Shown here piece by piece: positions 29,970 through 40,606 of a DNA stretch of 64,000 bases. Source of the DNA: a bacterium (GTDB lineage: Bacteria > Patescibacteriota > UBA1384 > CAILIB01). The stretch lies in NCBI GenBank assembly GCA_037131105.1, contig JBAXRQ010000001.1:637465-701464 (forward strand). Reading direction: 5' to 3'. The position numbers were made by a program, and so were the translations under genes. Every line of letters starts with the position of its first letter. The first letter of the stretch is position 1. The notes under the pieces were generated by a model. It had not been told where the DNA came from and ran no database searches. It worked only from the letters and a program-made list of their open reading frames with translations.

Positions 29970-30719
29970 CTACCTGCGGATCATCGTCTTATGGGCCTTT
30001 TTCTTTTCTATTGATTCGTTCAGCAGGTCTTTGTACTCCATCTCAGCCGGAGCCAGCTTCAGGGCCTTCTTGAATGAGGACTCGGCCTTGGCGTACTGGC
30101 GCATGGCCATATAGGCCATCCCTAAGTTTGCCTGCCGAGCGGCGTTCAGCTCATCCTGACGGACTGCCTGCTCGAACTGACGAATAGCGTCAGCATAGCG
30201 GTCCTGGTGGTACAGAACGAGACCTAGATTGTTGAGGATGAACCCGTTCTGGGCGTCGGTCTTAAGGGCCTGGCGGAAGGCTGCCTCGGCATCCTCCCAG
30301 TTGTCTCCGTTCTCCAGGTAGATGACACCCAGGCGGCTATAGGCCTTGCTACAGCGGGGATCCTTGGCAGCAGCCTGCAGGTAGAACTGCTCGGCGGCCT
30401 TCATCTCACCCTTACGGAAACAGACGTCTGCCTCGGCCAGCAGTCCCATTACCTCTGAGTCAGACTCATAGGCAGGCTCCTCCACCTCCTCTACCACCAC
30501 CTGGTCCACCGCCTCCTCTTCCTCAGCGGTCATGTCAAAATCAAAATGTCCGCCTGGCTCTTCCTTCTTTGTAGCAGACTTTCCTTTGAACTGCAGTAAG
30601 GAAGCTTTGGCTGGCTTGGAATGAGAATTCTGCTTGGACTTCTGCTTAAGCAGCTTGGGCCAATCAATTAAAAGACCGGCGAAGATGACTACGAGAAGGA
30701 CAAGGATGATTGCAATCAT
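29970..30719 (-). CDS. Membrane-anchored TPR protein
   Basis: N-terminal TM; AYSRLGVIY, NNLGLVLY, NLGMAY TPR repeats. Confidence 0.88.
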   Translation of the reverse strand: MIAIILVLLVVIFAGLLIDWPKLLKQKSKQNSHSKPAKASLLQFKGKSATKKEEPGGHFDFDMTAEEEEAVDQVVVEEVEEPAYESDSEVMGLLAEADVCFRKGEMKAAEQFYLQAAAKDPRCSKAYSRLGVIYLENGDNWEDAEAAFRQALKTDAQNGFILNNLGLVLYHQDRYADAIRQFEQAVRQDELNAARQANLGMAYMAMRQYAKAESSFKKALKLAPAEMEYKDLLNESIEKKKAHKTMIRR

Positions 30720-30721
30720 GG

Positions 30722-31285
30722 TTAGCGAGGAGACGTGAATGGCTTAATGAGAAGATCGCTCTTGATTCCCGAATGGGCCAGGGCTTGCAGATGCAATAGG
30801 TTTCTTGCTTCCTGGCGCTGCTTGGGGTCCGTGAGGTCAAAGCTAGTGAAGGCCTGACGCCAGGCTTCGTAGTCTGAGCCTGCCTTACCTTCCAGTGTAG
30901 CATATTCCTGGTCTGAGGATAGTCTGGTAAGCCGAGAGCGCAGCGTAGGAAGCAGATGGTCGCTTTCCGATAGTAGTATCAGAAAAAACCCCGGAGGTGG
31001 TTCTTCCAGGATCTTGAGTAACGCATTAGCCGGCTCCATCTTGAGCTGGTCAGCACCGCGAATAATAGCGAGCTTCATCTCACCTACCCGGCTTCGGGCG
31101 GCAAACTGCCTAAGTAGACGTACTTCGGCGATAGCCAGCGGCTTCTCCTCGCCGGCAGACCATAGATCAGCTGGGTGAACCTGGACAGAGAGCTCAGTAG
31201 CTAGAGCAGACCATTCGGCTATAGGAGCCACAATGAGACTACTCGGTGCGAGGGGCTGAGAATAGGTAGAAAGGGTAAGTGGCAT
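30722..31285 (-). CDS. holB: Truncated DNA polymerase III delta-prime-like protein
   Basis: ANALLKILEEPP, LLPTLRSR; lacks N-terminal P-loop/Zn and collar regions. Confidence 0.75.
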   Translation of the reverse strand: MPLTLSTYSQPLAPSSLIVAPIAEWSALATELSVQVHPADLWSAGEEKPLAIAEVRLLRQFAARSRVGEMKLAIIRGADQLKMEPANALLKILEEPPPGFFLILLSESDHLLPTLRSRLTRLSSDQEYATLEGKAGSDYEAWRQAFTSFDLTDPKQRQEARNLLHLQALAHSGIKSDLLIKPFTSPR

Positions 31286-31475
31286 AGTACATTTACTATA
31301 TCCAATTAATACCGAAAAAACAGGGTACCAACCGATTGCGTAGGCGCTCCGGACAGGAACTCCCGCTTTCCGCAGGATTTCATCCTGCAAGTCGACCGGC
31401 TAGCTCCCATCCAAAGCTTTTAGCATTGTAGGGAGTCAAGTTGCACGTGAGCTGACCATCGAGTACACTCAGCCT

Positions 31476-31883
31476 ATGAGCGATACCGACACACCCCAGG
31501 TCCCCAGCGTACCAAACTTCCAGGACGTCACCCTGTACGACAAAGACACGGGCGAGCCGTTTATCTTTACCGCCAAGGAACAGGAGTTCTTCGCCCGCCA
31601 AGGCTTTACCCATGTGCCCGCCCACAGTCCGGAGCGGCGTAAACTACTCCGTGAGCAACGTTACAAGGGCAAGCCGATATTCAATGTAAAATGTATGTCG
31701 TGTGGCCGGGTTGGCAAAGTCACCCAGGAGCCACCCTATCCCCGCCAGATACTGTGCGAGTATTGTTTCGACGAAAAATGGAACGCTTTCCTAGAAGCGA
31801 ACCCTGAGAAACGAGCCCTCTATGAGGACGCAGCGGCTATTGAGCCGTTGCAAGGGCAGGCTGAGCCTGAGCTACCCGCTTAA
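31476..31883 (+). CDS. Zinc-ribbon (zf-trcl + CxxC-x17-CxxC-like) protein
   Basis: FIFTAKEQEFF..QGF, CMSC...CEYCF. Confidence 0.8.
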   Translation: MSDTDTPQVPSVPNFQDVTLYDKDTGEPFIFTAKEQEFFARQGFTHVPAHSPERRKLLREQRYKGKPIFNVKCMSCGRVGKVTQEPPYPRQILCEYCFDEKWNAFLEANPEKRALYEDAAAIEPLQGQAEPELPA

Positions 31884-32025
31884 GAGTACGCAGGCACCGG
31901 GTGCACATGCGAATACCATCCACTTTCTGGATGTTGGGCTGGATCGTGCGACGGGTCTTGTGCTGGGACTTCGGAACGTTGTTACCAGCGTGAGGACCTT
32001 TTGTGCAGAGCATGCATTTCGCCAT
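31837..32025 (-). CDS. rpmB: 50S ribosomal protein L28
   Basis: AKCMLCTKGPHAGNNVPKSQHKTRRTIQPNIQK...CTRCLR. Confidence 0.93.
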   Translation of the reverse strand: MAKCMLCTKGPHAGNNVPKSQHKTRRTIQPNIQKVDGIRMCTRCLRTLKRVAQAQPALATAQ

Positions 32026-32101
32026 GGCAATCGGAGAGAGAATTGATATGATAGACTTTGCTTACCTTACCAGAATCTCCTTACAGGGTCAACTATAACC
32101 A

Positions 32102-32740
32102 ATGAGTTCTATATACTTACTCAACCTCCTGCAGGAATCCCTCCCCACTGCCGTTGTGTTCATAGTATCTCTGGTCGCGGCTATTTCCGTACACGAGTGC
32201 GCCCACGCCTGGACCGCCTATCGGCTTGGTGATGACACCCCCCACCTCCAGGGTCGCGTTACTCTTAATCCTGCCGCACACCTCGATCCACTTGGGAGCA
32301 TTGTCTTCCTAGTATTTGGTATGGGCTGGGGTCGTCCGGTCGTCTACAATCCCATGCGGCTCTCTCGTAAAGTGGACGAATTACTGATCGCCCTGGCCGG
32401 GCCAGCCAGTAACCTGGTATTTGCCCTCTTCTTGAATATATTGGCCTATGCAGTAGCCGGACCCGCTCCTTTTTACTCTGAAATACTCAGACAGGCCGCC
32501 GCCATCAACGTCATCCTGGCCGCCTTCAATATGGTCCCCATCCCACCTCTCGACGGATCTTCCATAGTGGCCTATTTCTGGCCTCCCTATCGCTCGCTTA
32601 TCGGCGGGCAGATTGGACTCATCATCCTGCTGGCGATAGTATTCGTACCTGTCGGCCCACACGGCGGCATTATCGGGACGATCATTCCTCCCGTTATCAA
32701 TCTATTCGACCTGGTCACCCACCTCTTCGGCCTTATTTAG
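32102..32740 (+). CDS. Site-2 protease (peptidase M50)
   Basis: HECAH, ALAGPASN, FNMVPIPPLDG. Confidence 0.93.
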   Translation: MSSIYLLNLLQESLPTAVVFIVSLVAAISVHECAHAWTAYRLGDDTPHLQGRVTLNPAAHLDPLGSIVFLVFGMGWGRPVVYNPMRLSRKVDELLIALAGPASNLVFALFLNILAYAVAGPAPFYSEILRQAAAINVILAAFNMVPIPPLDGSSIVAYFWPPYRSLIGGQIGLIILLAIVFVPVGPHGGIIGTIIPPVINLFDLVTHLFGLI

Positions 32741-32741
32741 G

Positions 32742-32927
32742 CTAGTAGCGGGTCCTGAGGTAGTCCTCAATGCGTGAGGTCAGGTTTACTGGCCGCTTGG
32801 ATGACCCCCTAGCCCCAGCGTCACGCTTATCCAGCAGCCGCTCCAACTCAGCATCACCAAAGATGTCCATCTCTTCCATTCCCCCATTTCGTTCCCAGGG
32901 TCGTCCCCTTCGGTTCTTGTCTGGCAT
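32742..32927 (-). CDS. Small hypothetical protein
   Basis: SD GAAAGGAG 5 nt before ATG. Confidence 0.45.
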   Translation of the reverse strand: MPDKNRRGRPWERNGGMEEMDIFGDAELERLLDKRDAGARGSSKRPVNLTSRIEDYLRTRY

Positions 32928-33076
32928 ACCGTCTCCTTTCTACTTGGTTATGGTTTGATCACCCTGCCTTTGCCCCATGCTACGGCCTGACACCTCGGAC
33001 GTCCGTAAACCAGAAAACAAATGATCTGTAACCTGGCACACATTGCATAGCTCAGCCGCTGTGCTATCCTTGCCCT

Positions 33077-33733
33077 ATGACTCCAAGTCCAGCCACCCAA
33101 CAGCTCGAGGAGTTCTTCTCCCACTACACCACTGTCAGCTTTGACAAAGGCGAGAGGATCCTGCGCGAATACGACTCACCAAACGGCGTCTTTTATATCA
33201 AGAAAGGCGTTGCCCGCATCTACCTGATCTCCGAAGAGGGCAACGAGCTTACCGCCCTACTACACTCACCCAAGAGCATACTGCCCTTGCGCTGGGCCAT
33301 GACTGGCTTACCTAACATCTACAACTACCAGGCCATGACCGCCGTGGAGATGTACCGGGCTCCCCGCGAGGGCTTCCAGGACTTCTTGAAGCACCATCCC
33401 GAGGCCTGCTTCCAGGTCTCCCAGCAGCTGGTGGCCGACTGTAGTGCCCTAGTGTACCGCATGCAGCACATCGTCTTCGGCAACGCCCACTCCAAAGTCT
33501 CCTCAGTGGTCCTTACCGCCGCCAAGCGCTTCAGCGTTAAGAACGAGAAGAACGGTGACATGATAGTGGAAGTTCCCTTCACCCACCAGCAGATCGCTGA
33601 TTCGGCAGGTATCACCCGTGAGACCGCCAGCCTGGAGATGAAGAAACTGAAGGAAGAAGGCCTAATCAGCTATAAGGGTCGTTCGCTTATCATTCACGAC
33701 ATGGAAAGCCTAGCCAAAGCTTCGTTCCTATGA
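33077..33733 (+). CDS. Crp/Fnr family transcriptional regulator
   Basis: cNMP-binding domain (FYIKKG..RIY) and HTH THQQIADSAGITRETAS. Confidence 0.93.
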   Translation: MTPSPATQQLEEFFSHYTTVSFDKGERILREYDSPNGVFYIKKGVARIYLISEEGNELTALLHSPKSILPLRWAMTGLPNIYNYQAMTAVEMYRAPREGFQDFLKHHPEACFQVSQQLVADCSALVYRMQHIVFGNAHSKVSSVVLTAAKRFSVKNEKNGDMIVEVPFTHQQIADSAGITRETASLEMKKLKEEGLISYKGRSLIIHDMESLAKASFL

Positions 33734-34044
33734 GCATTCAGAGATTCATCACCAGTCTCATGGAAGAAGACACTGCTCCTGGTGAGGCAGTGGCCCGTGA
33801 GGTAAAGGCCGGACTGGCTCCGGTCAGCTCGTACCTGCGCCGGGCAAGTGCCGGTATGGTCGTAGTACTCAGCAGTGCCATCGCCTGGCTGGGAGGAGTA
33901 TTCTGCCTGCTCATGGCCCTCTTTTTCTATCTCGCCAAGCTGGACAGCTTCGTAGTGCCCGCCATCCTTACCGCCGGCTTCAGCTGGCTGCTGGGACTAA
34001 TTATGGTCATCATCGGGTTCTGGCTGCTGCGACGGCCACGCTAA
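33730..34044 (+). CDS. Two-TM membrane protein (holin superfamily III-like)
   Basis: Two TM helices; 4-nt overlap with the crp-like gene. Confidence 0.6.
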   Translation: MSIQRFITSLMEEDTAPGEAVAREVKAGLAPVSSYLRRASAGMVVVLSSAIAWLGGVFCLLMALFFYLAKLDSFVVPAILTAGFSWLLGLIMVIIGFWLLRRPR

Positions 34045-34064
34045 TATATCACTAACGTACACTG

Positions 34065-34271
34065 ATGAGAGAATGGTCAATCCTCTTCCCCGATAAAGAA
34101 AAAGATCCTAAAGATGACCTGGAAGGGGAGATAATCTCCCATGATCTTCCGCCCCTGACTGAGAATCCTTTCGGCAAGAAGAATCCAGGTACTGATACTC
34201 CTCCCCACCATGTCCCTGAAGTACCCCCAGCAAGTGACCGGCCGACTTACCAAGAGCCTCCCCAGGATTAA
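34065..34271 (+). CDS. Small Pro-rich hypothetical protein
   Basis: 68-aa ORF filling the gap. Confidence 0.45.
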   Translation: MREWSILFPDKEKDPKDDLEGEIISHDLPPLTENPFGKKNPGTDTPPHHVPEVPPASDRPTYQEPPQD

Positions 34272-34834
34272 TCCTTTCGGAAATCATAGACTCGGATCTC
34301 TTTCTGCCAGCTCTTTAGCGGGATAATTTCTTTTGGCCTAATTCCCTTTATCTCAAAGGTAAGGCAGATAACCAGGCAACCCCGAAATATCCCCCGCTGG
34401 TACATCTTGTCTAATATAGTCCCGGTAAGGTAGCAGTACACGACGGTCGGCTTGGTGGGACGATAACTAAGTAGATCCTCGCGCCGCCACTGCATGGGAA
34501 GATTTCGATGTTTCAGATATGATCGGAGACGACCGGCCCAGTAGACACTGGTGCGCAGCTCCACGGCGACTATGCTCTTCCAGGAAAAGCGTTGACCAAG
34601 AAACGTTGCCACCGTGGCAATGCCGGATCCCGGCTCGTACAGCTCGTACTCCTCAGTGTCTTTGACATAGCGGCTGACGACGTCCTCCAAAATGGGGCCT
34701 TGTTCACCAAGGTCTGAACCCATGTACACCACCCGGTCAGACTTCTGATAACGAGTACCCTCAACCAAATAAAAAATCCCACCAAGGGTAATGGGTAGGA
34801 GAAGGATGATAATGATAATCTGGAGGATAAGCAT
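34268..34834 (-). CDS. Membrane-anchored SAM-dependent methyltransferase-like protein
   Basis: N-terminal TM, LYEPGSG motif I, AVEL, VVYCYL, F.I. Confidence 0.7.
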   Translation of the reverse strand: MLILQIIIIILLLPITLGGIFYLVEGTRYQKSDRVVYMGSDLGEQGPILEDVVSRYVKDTEEYELYEPGSGIATVATFLGQRFSWKSIVAVELRTSVYWAGRLRSYLKHRNLPMQWRREDLLSYRPTKPTVVYCYLTGTILDKMYQRGIFRGCLVICLTFEIKGIRPKEIIPLKSWQKEIRVYDFRKD

Positions 34835-35076
34835 AGTACTATAATAGCATCTAGAAGCCACCCAATAACTACCCTGCTGCCTGCAAAGCAGGCTAACCAA
34901 GTTGTAAGGGAAGTGTGCCTCGTCAAGGTATCTTCGGATACCCTTCCTCCGCACTCTCCCCTTTCACTGCGGTTATCTGCTTTTCGGATCAAGGATAATT
35001 ATGTGATGACTTCTGGAAACGACTAAGGGCGCGCAGCAGTTGCTGCGCGCCCTTTGCGAAATACAAACGGCGTTTC

Positions 35077-35910
35077 CTAGGCGCCTTCCAATGGTTCGGT
35101 ACGATAGCAGAGTGCCCTCATGAGCATGTCGACTTGCTCGGGAGTGTCCGTACAGGCGGGAATCCTCTCCCAAAGGTCATGGTCAGCCCGGCAGATGGCT
35201 TGAAGGGTAGAGTTTTCTACTCCCACAGCCGGAGCCAACAGACGGGGATGACCTACCACCATGTTGGGGCTAAATCGCTCCTGAACCATCTTATAAGCTC
35301 CTACAAAATGCTCAGCCGTTAGTCCCCTGGGAAAGTACATGTTGACGCCCTTACCTGCACAGTCGTTGTGCTTGCAGGTATAGACTTCTCTAACCTCTAA
35401 GCGACGTCTGTGCAATAGGGCCTTGCGAACAAGGATGGTCAAGGCTCGTGGGACCATGAATGGACCCACCCCTGGTGGCCCAGCGATATAGAAGATTGGG
35501 AAGTTTTCGCTTCCGGGAGCCGTCAGCGAGTGCGTACACAACTCCTGAACAATCTTTTGCTGCACCAACCGTGAGTCCATACATCCGGTCAGGAGTCCGA
35601 TGACCAGATTAGGCTGCTCCGACTCAAGTACCCTTTGCCGGATTGCCTCCAGCATCGTGCACCCAAATTCTTTACGAGCCCACTCATCGTCATTCAAAAT
35701 TTCGTGTACAGCACCGTTAGGGCCGTATATAAAGTAGGCCAGAAGGTCCAGGTCCACCTGGAGGCCACCCACAACATCCTGTTCCATACCAGTCCCCACC
35801 CGGGCAATCCTGCCACATTCTGAAGCGGCATCATCTACCCCGCTTAGATCCTCTTCAGCCAATTGCTCACTTCCTTTCTTTTCCCCTGTCCTCAGCATTA
35901 CAGCATGCAC
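35077..35910 (-). CDS. Divergent beta-carbonic-anhydrase-like protein
   Basis: GCMDSR and HNDC match beta-CA CxDxR / HxxC Zn ligands. Confidence 0.5.
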   Translation of the reverse strand: MHAVMLRTGEKKGSEQLAEEDLSGVDDAASECGRIARVGTGMEQDVVGGLQVDLDLLAYFIYGPNGAVHEILNDDEWARKEFGCTMLEAIRQRVLESEQPNLVIGLLTGCMDSRLVQQKIVQELCTHSLTAPGSENFPIFYIAGPPGVGPFMVPRALTILVRKALLHRRRLEVREVYTCKHNDCAGKGVNMYFPRGLTAEHFVGAYKMVQERFSPNMVVGHPRLLAPAVGVENSTLQAICRADHDLWERIPACTDTPEQVDMLMRALCYRTEPLEGA

Positions 35911-36050
35911 GGACCCTTAGATATGTAGACTATCTTTTGTAATATGTCAAGATGCTTCTTCATTTCCCCCATGTAGATCTTTACGTTTTCCAGGGAAAAG
36001 GCTAGGCTGGAGAATGTGAACCTCACCTATCTCTAACCTCATTCATACCT

Positions 36051-37109
36051 ATGGCTTCCACCCGCTCCACCGGTGCCTCGTCACTGCTTACCCTTAACAA
36101 AGAGCAGAGCGCCCTGTTTTGCTCACCTGATGCCCACAACGCCCGCCGGCTTTACCGCGCCAAGCACCCCACCGCCGTGGCCGCCTTTAAGTGTATGGAC
36201 GGGCGCCTGAATCTTTCAGTCATCACCAAGACCCAAGCGGGACTAATCCAGCCGTTCCGAAATCTGGGTGGCAAGTTCGACCTTGGCTGGCCCTACTTTG
36301 GCAAGATGGTAAAGGACTGGGTAGATTCCTCCATTTCCCAGGGACGTGACTGTCTGATCCTGGTCACCTATCATTTCTCAAAGGGAGACACCCACCGCGG
36401 CTGCCGGGGATTCAACTATGACGTGGACAAGGCCCAGGAAAGCACTTCACACCTCAAAAAGCAGGTCGAGGATATCTTTGGCAGCCATCACAGCGTCATT
36501 TATCCCATCCAGGTTGGCATTGAGACCGATGAGGACGCCCTGCTTATCCATGGCGAAAATGGCGAGATCCTCGATCTGGGCAAGGAAAGTGACCTTTCCG
36601 AGTCCGATCTGCTAATCCGACTTGCCAAGCTTTTCCCAAGCATGAAGCAGCGGGTACGCCAGGATCTGCTTCGACTCCTCGTTGGTAACCAGCGCCATAT
36701 CCATGACATTCGCGAGGAGAACCGTCCCATCGCCGATGCTGAGCACAAGGAGTGGGTATTGGCGGTTGGCCGTGGTTTCGACTGGCTACATACGCTAAAT
36801 ACTGCCCTAATCGTCGGCCCTTACAGTCCTGATCTAGCCGATCCTATCCGGGTAGCCGCCGGTCTGCTCTGGGACAATATCGCCAGTGGGCGCATTCCCA
36901 AGACTACCGAGATGGTACTCCTAGCCTCTAGTCCTAGCTATGAGCTGGGTGGTACCGAGTGGCAGATCGCCGTGGAAAAATCCAACTTCATGGCCCACTT
37001 CGCCATGGACGTGGTAGCCGAACACGCGCCCGAGCTTGCCAAGATTATCAAGCCGGTAGTCGGTGTGGTGGATATGCATACGCTCCTCTTCCATCCCCAG
37101 AAATACTAA
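36051..37109 (+). CDS. CsoSCA-type (carboxysome-shell-like) beta carbonic anhydrase
   Basis: KCMDGRL, RNLGGKF, YHFSKGDTHRGC, IETDEDALLIH. Confidence 0.75.
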   Translation: MASTRSTGASSLLTLNKEQSALFCSPDAHNARRLYRAKHPTAVAAFKCMDGRLNLSVITKTQAGLIQPFRNLGGKFDLGWPYFGKMVKDWVDSSISQGRDCLILVTYHFSKGDTHRGCRGFNYDVDKAQESTSHLKKQVEDIFGSHHSVIYPIQVGIETDEDALLIHGENGEILDLGKESDLSESDLLIRLAKLFPSMKQRVRQDLLRLLVGNQRHIHDIREENRPIADAEHKEWVLAVGRGFDWLHTLNTALIVGPYSPDLADPIRVAAGLLWDNIASGRIPKTTEMVLLASSPSYELGGTEWQIAVEKSNFMAHFAMDVVAEHAPELAKIIKPVVGVVDMHTLLFHPQKY

Positions 37110-37131
37110 GGCACGTCAATCCCCATGCTGA

Positions 37132-37160
37132 TTGACTGATCTGGCGGTGACTGGTACGCT
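37132..37160 (+). promoter_or_regulatory. Putative atp operon promoter
   Basis: TTGACT-17nt-TACGCT. Confidence 0.55.
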
Positions 37161-37196
37161 GACCCTGAACTTAGTTCGTCTATTTTTGTTTCGCCT

Positions 37197-38003
37197 GTGA
37201 CTCCGAATATTTCTTTGGCCGCGGAAGTCGTCTTCCACATCGGCCCGTTTGCCATCACCAATAGCATCTTCACGGCCTGGCTGGTCAGCCTCGGCCTACT
37301 ACTCTTTGGTGCCTTCATACGGTTCAATCTAAAAAAGATGGGCGGAAAGCTCCAGACCGGTTTGGAGCTCATCTACGACTGGCTAATCGAGACCGCTAAC
37401 GGCATCATCGGTAACCGTGCAGCCACCGCTGAGGTACTTCCCTATCTGCTGACCATCTTTCTCTTCATTCTCTTCTCGAACTGGTCCGGCCTACTACCTG
37501 GCTTTAACTCGGTTGGCTTCCACGAGATGAAGGAGGGACACGAAATCCTAGTACCTCTGCTGCGCGCACCTACCAGCGACCTGAACATGGTGGCGGTACT
37601 TGCCCTCTTCTCCATGGGCTACGTCCAATACCTGGGCTTCAAGTACGCTGGCTTCAAGGGCTACGCCGGCAGATTCGTCAACATCAGTAACCCCATCGGT
37701 TTCTTTGTTGGAGTCCTAGAGCTGCTTGGAGAGTTCACCAGGATCATCAGCTTTACCTTTCGACTATTCGGCAACGTCTTTGCAGGAGAGGTACTGATTA
37801 TGGTAATGTTCTACCTGACGATGACGCTATTACCCTATATAGCCATCATTCCGCTGCCATTCTTCCTCTTGGAAATGTTCGTAGGTCTGATCCAGGCCTT
37901 TATCTTCACCTTCCTTACCATCATCTTCGTCTCCCTGGCCGTCATCTCGCATGATACCGAGGGGCACGCACATGGCGGAGAAGAGCTTCACCTTACTACC
38001 TAA
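37197..38003 (+). CDS. atpB: F0F1 ATP synthase subunit a
   Basis: FILFSNWSGLLP, PTSDLN, SFTFRLFGNVFAGE, LIQAFIF. Confidence 0.97.
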   Translation: MTPNISLAAEVVFHIGPFAITNSIFTAWLVSLGLLLFGAFIRFNLKKMGGKLQTGLELIYDWLIETANGIIGNRAATAEVLPYLLTIFLFILFSNWSGLLPGFNSVGFHEMKEGHEILVPLLRAPTSDLNMVAVLALFSMGYVQYLGFKYAGFKGYAGRFVNISNPIGFFVGVLELLGEFTRIISFTFRLFGNVFAGEVLIMVMFYLTMTLLPYIAIIPLPFFLLEMFVGLIQAFIFTFLTIIFVSLAVISHDTEGHAHGGEELHLTT

Positions 38004-38028
38004 TCTATAGCCGTAACCCGGAGACCGT

Positions 38029-38256
38029 ATGAATCCAGAGACCCTGAAACTTATCGCCATGGGTGCCACCATCGCTGTCGGCGCTATCGCACCTGGCATC
38101 GCCATGGGCATGATCGGAAGCAAGAGCGTTGAGGCCATCGGCCGCAACCCAGAGACTGAGAACGCCGTCCGTACCGCCATGGTGCTTGGTCTGGCCTTCG
38201 TGGAGTCACTGGCCATCTTCTCCCTGGTCGTCGCCCTGATCATCCGCTTCGTCTAA
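38029..38256 (+). CDS. atpE: F0F1 ATP synthase subunit c
   Basis: GRNPE loop, LAFVESLAIF. Confidence 0.97.
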   Translation: MNPETLKLIAMGATIAVGAIAPGIAMGMIGSKSVEAIGRNPETENAVRTAMVLGLAFVESLAIFSLVVALIIRFV

Positions 38257-38259
38257 CCA

Positions 38260-38742
38260 ATGGAAGCACTCGGCATAAATCTGACTTGGTTCCTGTTCCA
38301 GCTTGGCAACTTTATCGTGCTGCTGGGCGGACTTACCTTTCTTCTGCACAAGCCAATCATGAAGCTCCTGGCGAGCCGGCAGCATGAGATCAAGGAAGGT
38401 CTGGAGAATGCCGAGAAAGTGCGTCTAGAGATGGAGATCGCCCGCCGCCAGCAGGAAGAACTACTGGAAGAGGCTCGCATGGAAAGTGCCGCCCTCCTGA
38501 AGGAGACCCGCGAGCAGTCCAAGAAGCTGGAGGAAGAGCTGCGCAAGGACGCTGCCGCCCACAGCGAGGAGCTGCGCAAGAAAGCCATGCAGGAGCTGGC
38601 CTCCGAGCAGGAGCAGTTGCGCAAGGAACTGAAAGGAGAGCTTGCCGGCATGGTCATCCAAGCCACTGAGAAAGTACTCGGCCATGAAGTGAAGTCAGCC
38701 GACAAGGAACAGGGCGTCAAGAAGCAGATTGAAAACCTATAG
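38260..38742 (+). CDS. atpF: F0F1 ATP synthase subunit b
   Basis: LFQLGNFIVLL...KPI...R..I..GL..AE, coiled coil. Confidence 0.95.
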   Translation: MEALGINLTWFLFQLGNFIVLLGGLTFLLHKPIMKLLASRQHEIKEGLENAEKVRLEMEIARRQQEELLEEARMESAALLKETREQSKKLEEELRKDAAAHSEELRKKAMQELASEQEQLRKELKGELAGMVIQATEKVLGHEVKSADKEQGVKKQIENL

Positions 38743-38749
38743 CACTGCC

Positions 38750-39073
38750 ATGACCTTACCTGAATCCACCGCCCAGACCATCGTAAAGTTCCTCAAGGAC
38801 AACGGTCAGTACGACCAGCTGCCCGCCATTACCGAGATCCTACAGAAAGAGGCCATCCGCAGCCAGCGCATTTCCATTATCTCCGCTGTCGCTGTCCCTG
38901 AAAAAGAGCGTAAGGAACTGGAGGCCACTCTCTTCAAGAAATGGGGTGAGCATGAAACCGGTTACACGGTGGACGAAAGCTTGCTTTCCGGCATGCTTAT
39001 CCGCTACCAGAACCAGCTGCTCGACCTTACCGGCAAAGGCAGCCTTACCCAGCTGTCACAGGCCCTGAAATAA
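38750..39073 (+). CDS. atpH: F0F1 ATP synthase subunit delta (short)
   Basis: Operon position; [17 protein letters not shown]...LDLT C-terminal motif. Confidence 0.85.
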   Translation: MTLPESTAQTIVKFLKDNGQYDQLPAITEILQKEAIRSQRISIISAVAVPEKERKELEATLFKKWGEHETGYTVDESLLSGMLIRYQNQLLDLTGKGSLTQLSQALK

Positions 39074-39086
39074 TCGTAACCCCGCC

Positions 39087-40604
<1,518 letters not shown>

Positions 40605-40606
40605 CA

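Noticed and set aside
36051-37109. Carboxysome locus
   Set aside because: No BMC shell, CsoS2 or RuBisCO genes in the window.
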